Below are positions 36,194 through 45,880 of a stretch of DNA of 64,000 nt, in pieces. How positions within the stretch are numbered: position 1 is the stretch's first letter; every line of letters begins with the position of its first letter. Origin of the DNA: Escherichia phage JM17; the sequence record PP400779; one strand, 5' to 3'. The notes below the pieces were generated by a model. That model saw only the letters and a program-made list of their open reading frames with translations. It made no database searches and was not told the origin of the DNA. A program made the position numbers and the translations under genes.

Positions 36194-36613
36194 ATGAATA
36201 TTGCAAATCTCTCTATTGGTGATTATGTACACGTATCGGATGCTTCTCGCTCTAAAGTTGCTGGGAAGTTGGTTGAAGTTCTTTCTGTGAGTGATCCGGT
36301 TTTTGGACGTAACGAAGTTAAAGTTCGTGACTCCGATGGTAACATTGGTTACGTTAAAAGCCAATTCATTGAACCAGAAGAAAAAGCGTTCAAATGGGGA
36401 CTATGCAGATCAGTTTCTGTTGAAAAAGACCATGAATTCACTATTGCTGCGGCAACTGATGGAACACCGTGGAAAACTAAGCAAATCGCCGGATTTATTA
36501 GCGACCGTTGGGTAGAAGATGGTGTTAAGCTTTATAACATCGTTTTCGCTGGTCAGTTCATGGTAGTTCCTGAATTCCAAATTAAAAAATATAGCCCAGC
36601 TGCTTTCGCATAA
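36194..36613 (+). CDS. hypothetical protein, paralog B of tandem pair
   Basis: 139 aa; DASRSKVAGKLVEV...FKWGLC...GFISDRWVEDGVKLYNIVF parallels paralog A. Confidence 0.45.
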   Translation: MNIANLSIGDYVHVSDASRSKVAGKLVEVLSVSDPVFGRNEVKVRDSDGNIGYVKSQFIEPEEKAFKWGLCRSVSVEKDHEFTIAAATDGTPWKTKQIAGFISDRWVEDGVKLYNIVFAGQFMVVPEFQIKKYSPAAFA

Positions 36614-36617
36614 AATT

Positions 36618-36646
36618 GTTTACTTCTCCTCTGGTTTTGATATTAT
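36618..36646 (+). promoter_or_regulatory. early-type promoter
   Basis: gtttac 36618-36623, 17-nt spacer, tattat. Confidence 0.45.
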
Positions 36647-36672
36647 AACCATATCAACCAGAGGAGAATAAT

Positions 36673-37197
36673 ATGTTAGTTTACCGCGTAGAACGTAGTT
36701 TTTGTACTCAACGTGAATCATTACCAGGAATTGCTATCGAAGACGGTAAAGCCGTCAGAATTTGGGAAACCTCTTGGAATAAAGAACCTCGCTCGCCATA
36801 CGGTTGGTCGGGCACCGACAACTCTGAAGAAACATGGGAGTTCCTTGATAAGCATGGAATACTCTCAGGTAACTTCTACCATCACGGCGACAACTATAAT
36901 GTCCCTAATCGTCCTACAGTAAATGAAGACAAACTCCTTGAACAAAATATCTTAAGATACTATAGAATTGAGCACGCATTTGAATTGAGTGAAGATTGGG
37001 CTCAAGGGTTCTATTTTGGATTTGAAAGTGTTGACGCGGTTTATGCATGGTTTGATGACCAGGTGGATGTTGAACTCTTGAAAGCTAAAGGATACTACAT
37101 CGCGGTCTATGAAGCACCTGATTTCATCCTCGGAAGTTGTCAATTAATGTTTAGACGTTCATTGGCAGAACAAGTTGATTTTATTTTGCTAAAATGA
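36673..37197 (+). CDS. hypothetical protein (174 aa)
   Basis: ORF with accagaggagaataat RBS. Confidence 0.4.
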   Translation: MLVYRVERSFCTQRESLPGIAIEDGKAVRIWETSWNKEPRSPYGWSGTDNSEETWEFLDKHGILSGNFYHHGDNYNVPNRPTVNEDKLLEQNILRYYRIEHAFELSEDWAQGFYFGFESVDAVYAWFDDQVDVELLKAKGYYIAVYEAPDFILGSCQLMFRRSLAEQVDFILLK

Positions 37198-37226
37198 TGT
37201 ACAACAACTATGGTCTATGATACTAT
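37198..37226 (+). promoter_or_regulatory. early-type promoter
   Basis: tgtaca -35 variant, 17-nt spacer, gatactata. Confidence 0.4.
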
Positions 37227-37254
37227 AGATCTATCAAAACAAGAGGAGAATATT

Positions 37255-37482
37255 ATGAAACGTCAAATCATTAAAAACGTAACTACTGATTCAAACATCG
37301 ATGAGTTTGAAGATGTTCTGTTTAATCCTGATTTAGTTGTTGTACAGAAAAACTGGACCGAATTTTTATGCTACACCGAAGTGGTTTACGTTTACGAAAA
37401 ACTCGGCGATGAAATGCCTATCTATGGTATCTTCCGTGAAATCACTGAAAATGGTACAACTTATTGGAAGGAAACTTACTAA
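37255..37482 (+). CDS. hypothetical protein (75 aa)
   Basis: ATG 37255 with aagaggagaatatt RBS. Confidence 0.35.
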   Translation: MKRQIIKNVTTDSNIDEFEDVLFNPDLVVVQKNWTEFLCYTEVVYVYEKLGDEMPIYGIFREITENGTTYWKETY

Positions 37483-37892
37483 TGGCTAATAAATTCCGCG
37501 TTAACTCATGGTACCAATTTATAGATAAACGTGCCCAAGAAGAGTTTATTAAAGACCACACTGATAATGGGATTTATGCACGACGTCTTGGCATGGAACC
37601 ATTTAAAGTATTAGATGTTGACCATCTTGGACGTCCTACTAAAATTGTGACATCTGCTGGCACGGTTGGATATGCATCAGGCGGTGATATCCTTGATGAA
37701 AACTTTATCTGGCTTTCCACGAATGAAGCAGAGTTCTTTGACGAAGTTGAAAATCCGTATCAAGCGTCCGAAGAGCAAGATTCTGGTGAACTTGATGAAT
37801 TGTCTGAATTTCCGGCGATGACGATTACTATCGAAAATAACGACCAGGCATGGTCTTTGTATCAAATGTTGAAAGCACATTTTAAGGAATAA
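37482..37892 (+). CDS. hypothetical acidic protein (136 aa)
   Basis: ATG overlaps upstream stop (TAATG). Confidence 0.4.
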   Translation: MANKFRVNSWYQFIDKRAQEEFIKDHTDNGIYARRLGMEPFKVLDVDHLGRPTKIVTSAGTVGYASGGDILDENFIWLSTNEAEFFDEVENPYQASEEQDSGELDELSEFPAMTITIENNDQAWSLYQMLKAHFKE

Positions 37893-37894
37893 TA

Positions 37895-38074
37895 ATGCCG
37901 TTATACGACTATAAATGCCAATCTGAAGATTGTGGACATGAATATGAAAAAATTAAAAGGATTTCTGAACGAGAAAACGATGTTTGCCCTGAATGTCATC
38001 GTCTGTCTACTCGTCGGGTTTCTGCTCCTAAACATGTGAACGGTGGTTTTTACGACTTACTTAAGAAGGGTTAA
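37895..38074 (+). CDS. small zinc-ribbon protein (59 aa, FmdB-like CxxC...CxxC)
   Basis: MPLYDYKCQSEDCGHEYEK...DVCPECHRLSTRR; below ORF-track cutoff. Confidence 0.4.
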   Translation: MPLYDYKCQSEDCGHEYEKIKRISERENDVCPECHRLSTRRVSAPKHVNGGFYDLLKKG

Positions 38075-38076
38075 TT

Positions 38077-38502
38077 ATGGCTTTTAAAGGTTTTGAAGTT
38101 GGTAAGAAATATCGTATTATCAAAGGACAGGAAGATAATTTCTTGAGAATTCTTAATACGACTGGTAAACGTCTTAATACTAATCTGCATACTACTTTAT
38201 TGTCCAAAGATTTTATTGTGGAAGAGATGATTGGTTACGGTGTTTCGGTTATTGCTGTAGAAGCCGTAGGCGATTATGGCCGAACTATTCATAGTATGCA
38301 AGGTGATATTCTGCTTTATGGTGCAGAATTTAAATTCTTTGAAGAAGTTCCGGAACCAGATACAGCTGTCGATTTCAAAAAAGGCTCTATAGAATTTGTT
38401 GATGGTTCGGTGATCGTATCAGGCGATGTGGTCATTACAGTTAAAAGTGAACAAGGGCGTTTGGCTGCAATCGATACACTTCAGAAAATTAAATTTAAAT
38501 AA
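38077..38502 (+). CDS. hypothetical protein (141 aa)
   Basis: ORF followed directly by intrinsic terminator. Confidence 0.4.
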   Translation: MAFKGFEVGKKYRIIKGQEDNFLRILNTTGKRLNTNLHTTLLSKDFIVEEMIGYGVSVIAVEAVGDYGRTIHSMQGDILLYGAEFKFFEEVPEPDTAVDFKKGSIEFVDGSVIVSGDVVITVKSEQGRLAAIDTLQKIKFK

Positions 38503-38520
38503 GGGCTTCGGCCCTTTTTG
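38502..38520 (+). terminator. intrinsic terminator (UUCG hairpin + T-run)
   Basis: agggc-ttcg-gccct followed by ttttt. Confidence 0.6.
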
Positions 38521-38565
38521 CTTTAGATTTCGGATGATAGAATACCTTCATAACGAGGAGACAAC

Positions 38566-40383
38566 ATGATTAAAAATGAAATTAAGGTATTGACAGATGT
38601 AGAACATATTAAGAAACGTAGTGGTATGTATATTGGTTCTTCGGCTAAAGAAGCACATGAGCGTTTTTTGTTTGGTAAATATCAACAAGTTGAATATGTT
38701 CCTGGTCTGGTTAAATTAATCGATGAGATTATTGACAACTCGGTTGATGAAGCTATTCGTACATCATTTAAGTTTGCAAATAAAATTGATGTGCAAATTA
38801 AAAATAATCAAGTTTCGGTGGAAGATAACGGACGCGGTATTCCTCAAGGTTTAGTTACTGACCAAACAGGTGAACAAATTCCTGGTCCTGTAGCGGCCTG
38901 GACTATTCCAAAGGCTGGTGGTAACTTTGGTGATGATTCTGAACGCAAGACTGGTGGTATGAACGGCGTCGGGAGTAGTTTAACTAATATCTTCTCTACG
39001 TTGTTTACAGGCATCACGTCAGATGGCGAAAACGAAATCACTGTTAACTGTTCAAACGGAATGGAAAACAAATCATGGTCTTCTAAGAAATCTAAAGGTA
39101 AAGGCACTAAAGTAATCTTCACTCCTGATTTCTCTTCATTTGAAGAGCATAATTTATCTCAAATTTATTTAGATATTACTTTAGACCGACTTCAAACATT
39201 GGCAGTCGTTTATCCTGATATCAAGTTCACATTTAATGGTAAAAAGGTTGATGGTAATTTTAAACGATTTGCTAAACAATTTGGTGAAGATAACATCATT
39301 CAAGAAAATGATAAAGTCTCTATAGCATTCACAACATCACCAGATGGCTTCCGTCATTTAACTTATGTGAATAACATCCATACTAAAAATGGTGGTCATC
39401 ATGTTGAATGCGTAATGGATGATATCTGCGAACATCTTTTGCCGGGTATTAAAAAGAAATATAAGGGTATTGAAGTCACTAAAGCTCGTGTTAAAGAATG
39501 CCTCACAATGTTGATGTTTATTAGAGACATGAGCAACATGCGTTTTGATTCTCAGACTAAAGAACGTTTAACGTCAACGTATGGTGATATTCGTAATCAT
39601 ATCCAATTAGATGCTAAGAAAATTGCTCAGGCACTTCTTAAAAACGAAGCCTTGATTATGCCTATTGTTGAAGCAGCATTAGCTCGTAAATTGGCAGCAG
39701 AAAAGGCTGCAGAAACTAAAGCAGCTAAAAAGGCAACTAAAGCTAAGGTTCATAAGCATATTAAAGCTAACCAATGTGGTAAAGATGCAGATACGACATT
39801 GTTTTTAACAGAAGGTGATTCGGCAATTGGTTATCTCATTGATGTTCGTGACCGTGAACTACACGGCGGATTCCCATTACGTGGTAAGGTGATGAATAGC
39901 TGGGGTATGTCATATGCTGATATGATGAAGAACAAAGAGCTCTTTGATATCTGTGCTATCACAGGTCTTATTCTTGGTGAAAAGGCAGAGAATACGAACT
40001 ATCGTAATATTGCAATTATGACCGATGCCGATCACGACGGTCTTGGAAGTATTTATCCTGCTTTGCTTGCTTTCTTTAGTAATTGGCCCGAATTGTTTGA
40101 ACAAGGACGTATTCGCTTTGTTAAAACACCTGTAATTATTGCACAAATTGGCAAAACTCAAAAATGGTTTTATACTGTAGCTGAGTATGAAGAAGTTAAA
40201 GATACACTGCCTAAGCATAGTATTCGATACATCAAGGGATTGGGCTCACTTCAGCGGGATGAATATAAAGAAATGATTCAAAACCCTGTGTACGACGTAG
40301 TTAAACTTCCTGAAAATTGGAAAGAACTCTTTGAAATGTTGTTGGGTGATGATTCAGAACTTCGTAAAGAATGGATGTCCTAA
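38566..40383 (+). CDS. 39: DNA topoisomerase II large subunit gp39 (GyrB-like), fused 39+60 form
   Basis: 605 aa; GHKL ATPase motifs (DNSVDEAI, EDNGRGIP), Toprim region; length equals T4 gp39+gp60. Confidence 0.9.
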   Translation: MIKNEIKVLTDVEHIKKRSGMYIGSSAKEAHERFLFGKYQQVEYVPGLVKLIDEIIDNSVDEAIRTSFKFANKIDVQIKNNQVSVEDNGRGIPQGLVTDQTGEQIPGPVAAWTIPKAGGNFGDDSERKTGGMNGVGSSLTNIFSTLFTGITSDGENEITVNCSNGMENKSWSSKKSKGKGTKVIFTPDFSSFEEHNLSQIYLDITLDRLQTLAVVYPDIKFTFNGKKVDGNFKRFAKQFGEDNIIQENDKVSIAFTTSPDGFRHLTYVNNIHTKNGGHHVECVMDDICEHLLPGIKKKYKGIEVTKARVKECLTMLMFIRDMSNMRFDSQTKERLTSTYGDIRNHIQLDAKKIAQALLKNEALIMPIVEAALARKLAAEKAAETKAAKKATKAKVHKHIKANQCGKDADTTLFLTEGDSAIGYLIDVRDRELHGGFPLRGKVMNSWGMSYADMMKNKELFDICAITGLILGEKAENTNYRNIAIMTDADHDGLGSIYPALLAFFSNWPELFEQGRIRFVKTPVIIAQIGKTQKWFYTVAEYEEVKDTLPKHSIRYIKGLGSLQRDEYKEMIQNPVYDVVKLPENWKELFEMLLGDDSELRKEWMS

Positions 40384-40404
40384 GCTCCTTCGGGAGCTTC
40401 ATTT
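40383..40404 (+). terminator. UUCG hairpin after gene 39 (weak terminator)
   Basis: agctcc-ttcg-ggagct then tcatttt. Confidence 0.4.
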
Positions 40405-40425
40405 TAATTTTAATAAGGCTTAATT

Positions 40426-41526
40426 ATGAAAGTTATGTTTATCCCATCTCGCGCAGTCCCATTTAACCCAGAACGTGTACAAGGTGGTCTTGAAGCAGTA
40501 CATTTAAATGTGTTGAAATATCTTGTGTCCATCGGTGCTGATATTGATTATATCGGCTTTGATAATGACACGTTTGGTGACTGGAAGGTTAATCATCATC
40601 CTGTTGGTCATCTGACTAAATTCAGTCTAGGTATGAGTTATACTATGGCTCGTAAGATTGTTGAACTAGCCGGCATTAATGAGTACGATTTCGTTGTTAC
40701 AATGGAACCGACCAAACTAACCGTTCAGGCAATTAAAGACGCAGGTCTCTCTAAAGTTCATAAGAATTTTATGGCAACACCATTTGAACCAGTATCTCGT
40801 GGCATTGTTCAAATTTGGGACCAGACTATTCAAATTCGTAAGAATGGTGGTAAGAGTTATGCTCCTACTAAAGCCTTCCGTGAATTTGAACGCAAATATT
40901 GTTATATGACTTCAGGTCTGACTGACAAAATTGATTATGATTATTGGCGAGCAAATCCGTTGTTTGAAGCCGAAGATTATCCGGTTATTTGTTTGAATGA
41001 GAAACCTGAAGTTCTTCCGGCGACGGATCTGATTATTAGTGCACAACGTTATGACACTAAAATGCGTCGTACTGATGTTGCTCTTGAAGCGATTAAAGCA
41101 CTAGGCGAAAATGGTGTAGGATACTGTCCTAGTAAATGGGCACCACCGGCTAAGTATCCTGTTATTATTGATGCTCCACACAGTGAAATCATGGAACGTC
41201 TTAAAACAGCTAAAGCACTTATCAATACGTGTCCTGACACGGGTACGGTAGAGAATAGTTCTATTGAAGCCATCTCTAAAGGTGTCCCTGTGATTCAGTT
41301 AGTTTTTAAGGATTATCCGCACGCGACATTCGAATATGACCCAGATACTGTGCGTGTAGAAATTGATTCCTCTACTCCTAAGAAAGAAGTAGTTGCGCTT
41401 TACACAAAAGCTGTATTAGAATTCACTGACACATACGAAGCTCGAGTTAAACGTGCTGAAGCAGTATGGAAGAAGTATAATCGAGATGCAGTTGTTGCGA
41501 TGTGGGATAAAATCTTCACAGCGTAA
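40426..41526 (+). CDS. GT-B-like glycosyltransferase (candidate hmC-DNA glycosyl/arabinosyl-transferase)
   Basis: 366 aa; C-terminal TGTVENSSIEAISKGVPVI resembles GT4 ExnE donor-binding motif; location between 39 and rIIA. Confidence 0.5.
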   Translation: MKVMFIPSRAVPFNPERVQGGLEAVHLNVLKYLVSIGADIDYIGFDNDTFGDWKVNHHPVGHLTKFSLGMSYTMARKIVELAGINEYDFVVTMEPTKLTVQAIKDAGLSKVHKNFMATPFEPVSRGIVQIWDQTIQIRKNGGKSYAPTKAFREFERKYCYMTSGLTDKIDYDYWRANPLFEAEDYPVICLNEKPEVLPATDLIISAQRYDTKMRRTDVALEAIKALGENGVGYCPSKWAPPAKYPVIIDAPHSEIMERLKTAKALINTCPDTGTVENSSIEAISKGVPVIQLVFKDYPHATFEYDPDTVRVEIDSSTPKKEVVALYTKAVLEFTDTYEARVKRAEAVWKKYNRDAVVAMWDKIFTA

Positions 41527-41618
41527 ATCCTGAATAGCCTGAGGCACTATTACACATAAGATGATAGATTATATGGTCTTTAGTAATAGTGCCCTAGGAA
41601 TCTACTGAAGAGAATATT

Positions 41619-41819
41619 ATGAGAACATATAACGTGGACTTGGAACTTTTTGATAAAGCAGTGCTCCGGGAATTCCGGCTTATCCAAAGATTTTTTGATA
41701 TCGAGTCAGCAGAGTCCTTTAAAGAACGCTTTAAAGAAATTCGATATAAAATACAAACCGATACAGCTACTAAAGAAGAACTTCTCGAAGTGGCAGAAAT
41801 TTTTAAACGTAACTTGTGA
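41619..41819 (+). CDS. hypothetical protein (66 aa; rIIA.1 position)
   Basis: ORF immediately upstream of rIIA. Confidence 0.35.
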   Translation: MRTYNVDLELFDKAVLREFRLIQRFFDIESAESFKERFKEIRYKIQTDTATKEELLEVAEIFKRNL

Positions 41820-41831
41820 TGAGAGAAAAAT

Positions 41832-44045
41832 ATGATTATTGAAACGGCTAAAGAAACGATTATTGGTTCTGGTGGTAAAAGCACAGCATTTACTATTCAA
41901 GGCAATAGCAAAGTTTATAAGATTTTGTCTAATGACCTTTATACAAACAAAGAATTGGCTTGTGTACGTGAATTAATCACAAACTGTATCGATGGACAAA
42001 TTCTTAATGGTTGCACTGATAAGTTTATTGTTCAGGCTCCAGGTCGTTTAGACCCACGTTTTGTAGTTCGAGACTTTGGTCCTGGTATGAGTGATTTCAC
42101 CATTCGAGGTAATGACGAAGAGCCAGGAATCTATAACTCATATTTTGCTTCAACTAAAACATCGAGTAACGATTTCATTGGTGGATTCGGACTCGGTTCT
42201 AAAGCTCCACTAGCATATACCGATACGTTTAACCTTACGTCTTATCACAACGGTGAAGTTCGTGGTTACGTAATCTACCAAGATGACACGGGTCCACAAA
42301 TTAAGCCAACCTTTGTAGATAAGATGGGCCCCGATGACCGTACGGGTGTAGAAGTAGTTGTACCGGTTAACCCAGAAGATTTTGAAAAGTTCGCATCTGA
42401 AATTGCATATGTTATGCGTCCTCTAGGTGATATTGCAGAAGTTCGTGGTGTTAAAGATATTAAATACTTCCCTGAATTTGACGATGTATATTTGGCCAAG
42501 GAAGCTCCATGGGGTGAACGCGGTAATATCATGGCTGTTTACGGTGGTATTGTATATCCAATCGGAAGTGTTATTAAAGAACAAACATGGATGATGACGC
42601 GATGCACTACAGCTTATATTAAATTCCCTATGGGTGAACTAGATGTAGCCCCGTCTCGTGAAGCATTGTCATTTGATAAACGTACAGTAGCAAATATCCA
42701 TAAACGTGTTGCAGAAATCGATGCTAAATTGTTCGCTGAAGATTCTAAGAAATGGATTGATTGTAAATACCCACGTCATGTGTTCCGTGAAATTGATTCT
42801 CTTGGCTATACCGCTCGTAAATACATGGAAAAGGCCGGGTCTAATATTGAATCACTGAAATACTCTAAAGAACAACTAACTTATTCCGAGTTGTACAAAC
42901 GTTTTAAAATGGGGCCTGAGTGGTGTAATCTTGGCGTCGTATACGATATCGTTGAATCCCCTCGTCTTCGTCGTATTCGTGAAAGTGGTAGCTCATCAAC
43001 AACCATTTCAATTAATAGCCTGATTGGCATTAACATTAAAAACGTTGAAATTGTTATTGACGACGTTAAGGGACGCGTTCCATTAATGCGAGCTCTTAAT
43101 TCAATTGAAATGTCTAAAGACGAGGTTAAATTAACCGGTAAAGTTCCACGCGGTTTTGGTAAAAGCGTACTATTCGTTGACCCTACAGACGAAGATGCAA
43201 TGAAACTTCTGGAACGCCTTAAAGTTATCTTTGATGGCGACAACATTAACATGTACAAGACTTCAGAGCTTTTACAAATCGTTAAGCCATGGATTGAAGT
43301 CAAGACTCGTTCTAATGGGCCTCGCCCTAAATCACCGAGTGCCCATCGTTTCTTCAAGAACGAAAACGATGTTTGGGTATCGGAAGATCTCTTTATTCCG
43401 GCAAGTGAAGCAGATGAAATCCAAGGTTATGCTATAGTTCGTAATCGTTCTAATGCTGAATGTCTTGACTCAGATAAAGGTTGGTTGAACTATGACTCCA
43501 ATTTCTTGACCCGTATTGCTGATTTGTCAGGTATTAAAGAGTTCACTGTAGTCCGTCCACAGATTGCTAAGAAAGTTCGTAAACTTGGTGAAGTAGAATG
43601 CTTGTTCGAAAAATCAATTAATGACTATATTACGCTAATTGATAAAGTGGATTATGATGAGTATGTATCACCAAGTCGTAGAGCACAGCCTTATTTGAAT
43701 CATATTACTCGTAATGAAGAGCTTAACTTCCTTAGTAAGTATTTTAGCTCTAAGAACAAAGAAATCAGTAAAGATTTTGCAAAACTTTCAACAGTAAATA
43801 ATCGTTGGGGATGGAATCGATTCGCAGGTGCTGATAACAGAGACCTGAACACGAAGTTAGAATTGTGTGCTAAAATTTTCGATAAGCTTAAAGATAATGC
43901 TTACGATAATGATGATAAAATGGTTATTGAATTCGAAACCAATTATCATATTGTGTCAGAATACATGGGACGACGTGGTACTCTTTCCAAAGAACAGGTC
44001 GCTCAAATCGTTAAATTCATGAAGGCCGTGGAAGCGGCCAAATAA
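41832..44045 (+). CDS. rIIA: rIIA protein
   Basis: 737 aa; MIIETAKETIIGSGGKSTAFTI...ELITNCIDG...GFGLGSK close to remembered T4 rIIA. Confidence 0.85.
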   Translation: MIIETAKETIIGSGGKSTAFTIQGNSKVYKILSNDLYTNKELACVRELITNCIDGQILNGCTDKFIVQAPGRLDPRFVVRDFGPGMSDFTIRGNDEEPGIYNSYFASTKTSSNDFIGGFGLGSKAPLAYTDTFNLTSYHNGEVRGYVIYQDDTGPQIKPTFVDKMGPDDRTGVEVVVPVNPEDFEKFASEIAYVMRPLGDIAEVRGVKDIKYFPEFDDVYLAKEAPWGERGNIMAVYGGIVYPIGSVIKEQTWMMTRCTTAYIKFPMGELDVAPSREALSFDKRTVANIHKRVAEIDAKLFAEDSKKWIDCKYPRHVFREIDSLGYTARKYMEKAGSNIESLKYSKEQLTYSELYKRFKMGPEWCNLGVVYDIVESPRLRRIRESGSSSTTISINSLIGINIKNVEIVIDDVKGRVPLMRALNSIEMSKDEVKLTGKVPRGFGKSVLFVDPTDEDAMKLLERLKVIFDGDNINMYKTSELLQIVKPWIEVKTRSNGPRPKSPSAHRFFKNENDVWVSEDLFIPASEADEIQGYAIVRNRSNAECLDSDKGWLNYDSNFLTRIADLSGIKEFTVVRPQIAKKVRKLGEVECLFEKSINDYITLIDKVDYDEYVSPSRRAQPYLNHITRNEELNFLSKYFSSKNKEISKDFAKLSTVNNRWGWNRFAGADNRDLNTKLELCAKIFDKLKDNAYDNDDKMVIEFETNYHIVSEYMGRRGTLSKEQVAQIVKFMKAVEAAK

Positions 44046-44054
44046 GGAAACATT

Positions 44055-44990
44055 ATGTACAATATCAAATGCTTGTCCCAAGAAGAACAGTTAGAAGCTT
44101 ACGGCCTGGTTGAATCAGGCAAATGGACTCGTAAAGAAATTGCCGATTACTTCGACATTTCAACAGATACTCTTCGTAAGATTGTTAAGAATTTTAAAGC
44201 AGAAGAGAAAGCAGCTGAATTTGAAGATGAAGAACAGGTTCCAGAAAATGATGAACCTATTATCGGCGGACATCGTCCTGAAATCGTATGGAACGCGTCA
44301 TCTAAATTTATTTCAATTATTGAAGGACGCGTAGCATACAATGCGACTCCATCAAGTCATGCAAATTTTGAAGAAATTAAAGCTAATCTGGTCGCAGGAA
44401 ACCTTAGTAAAGCTGTCGAACTTATTAACATCAAGAAAGCTATTACTAAGTTTGTTGATGGTAATGTTACTATTGAAGGTGGTAGTTTATTTTATCAAGG
44501 TATAGAGATTCGTTCAGGGCTGGTTAACCGTATTATTGATTCTATGGAAAAAGGTGAAGACTTTAAATTCTATCTGCCATTCCTTGAAAACCTGTTAGAA
44601 AACCCAAGTGAAAAAGCTGTACAACGTTTATTCGACTTCTTGGTTGCAAACGATATTGAAATCACTGAAGATGGTCATTTCTATGCGTGGAAAGTAGTTC
44701 GTAAGGACTATTTAGACTGCTATAGTGGTACATTTGATAACTCGCCTGGTAAAGTTGTTTCAATGCCTCGTACTCGTGTTAACGATGATGATACTCAAAC
44801 CTGCTCCCGTGGTCTACATGTTTGTGCTAAATCATATATTCGTTACTTTGGTTCAAGCTCAGATAAAGTTGTTAAAGTTAAAGTTCATCCACGTGATGTT
44901 GTATCTATCCCAGTTGACTATGGCGATGCTAAGATGCGTACTTGTCGTTACGAAGTAATTTCAGACGTTACTGAATTATTTGCAGAATAA
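44055..44990 (+). CDS. rIIB: rIIB protein
   Basis: 311 aa; MYNIKCLSQEEQ...FLVANDIEITEDGHFYAWKVV...TCSRGLHVC close to remembered T4 rIIB. Confidence 0.85.
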   Translation: MYNIKCLSQEEQLEAYGLVESGKWTRKEIADYFDISTDTLRKIVKNFKAEEKAAEFEDEEQVPENDEPIIGGHRPEIVWNASSKFISIIEGRVAYNATPSSHANFEEIKANLVAGNLSKAVELINIKKAITKFVDGNVTIEGGSLFYQGIEIRSGLVNRIIDSMEKGEDFKFYLPFLENLLENPSEKAVQRLFDFLVANDIEITEDGHFYAWKVVRKDYLDCYSGTFDNSPGKVVSMPRTRVNDDDTQTCSRGLHVCAKSYIRYFGSSSDKVVKVKVHPRDVVSIPVDYGDAKMRTCRYEVISDVTELFAE

Positions 44991-44995
44991 TAATT

Positions 44996-45018
44996 GGGGA
45001 CTTCGGTCCCCTTTTTTC
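44996..45018 (+). terminator. intrinsic terminator (UUCG hairpin + T-run)
   Basis: ggggac-ttcg-gtcccc followed by tttttt. Confidence 0.7.
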
Positions 45019-45031
45019 TTTAGGGGTAATT

Positions 45032-45319
45032 ATGATTCATCCATTTGACGTATCAGAATCCAAAATTGCTAATCTTCGTGGTCATCATAAGTGTAAATCA
45101 GTTTATTGCGCTAAATTGGTAAAACATCCTGGTGATGCACACTACGGCTGGTTAGAATGCGACGAAGTTGTTATTGAAATCCCACCGGTAGATGCAGAAT
45201 ATCTTGAAGAAGGTGACCGCATTTATTTTGGCGAACTACACATCAGAGGTATCTATGGTAAAGACGAACTTGGGGCTGTTGAGGCTGAAGAGTCTTCCGA
45301 CATTTATCCTGTCGAATGA
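45032..45319 (+). CDS. hypothetical protein (95 aa)
   Basis: ORF downstream of rIIB terminator. Confidence 0.35.
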   Translation: MIHPFDVSESKIANLRGHHKCKSVYCAKLVKHPGDAHYGWLECDEVVIEIPPVDAEYLEEGDRIYFGELHIRGIYGKDELGAVEAEESSDIYPVE

Positions 45320-45335
45320 GTTTTTGACTAGCGAA

Positions 45336-45812
45336 ATGAAGGTTAAGATCGCTGATACTGCTCGGTACTCGTTGAAACAAGATCCAGGTCAAATAAAAGA
45401 AGACGTTGTTCGACGTTGTAAGGTTGCAGTCTTTGCAGAGTATGTAGTAGCAAATTGGCTAGACGGATATGTTAATAAAGGTAATGAAGACGTAGAAGAC
45501 CCGTACACGTATGCATGGGACGTTTTAGCTCATCCTAAGTACTGTGGTCTACGCGTAGAAGTAAAGACCCATCAGATGGATTCGAAATGGATTTCGGTTA
45601 CCACAGGATACAGTGGTGATTATCCGGGTGGCAACGGAATCAACATAGGGCCCTTCCTTAATCATCGAGTCGCTGACTGTATTATTATATTGAATGTCAA
45701 AGAAACCTCACCTGACGTCTTCTCTTATTCTATAAAGTTCGTGGGAGACCATGAAGACCTAAAGAAAATCGTCCGCAAGAGCAACTACAACGGGTGGTAT
45801 CTTCATCTTTAA
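45336..45812 (+). CDS. hypothetical protein (about 158 aa)
   Basis: first in-frame ATG after upstream stop; start uncertain. Confidence 0.35.
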   Translation: MKVKIADTARYSLKQDPGQIKEDVVRRCKVAVFAEYVVANWLDGYVNKGNEDVEDPYTYAWDVLAHPKYCGLRVEVKTHQMDSKWISVTTGYSGDYPGGNGINIGPFLNHRVADCIIILNVKETSPDVFSYSIKFVGDHEDLKKIVRKSNYNGWYLHL

Positions 45813-45824
45813 TTTCATAAAAGT

Positions 45825-45860
45825 GTTTACAACTAAGTAGGACTATGATATAGTAGTCCT
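45825..45860 (+). promoter_or_regulatory. promoter/stem-loop cassette (early promoter + IR aggacta/tagtcct)
   Basis: gtttac 45825-45830, spacer 18, tatagt 45849-45854; 7-bp inverted repeat spans the -10. Confidence 0.45.
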
Positions 45861-45880
45861 ATCTAAAAGAGGATAACATC

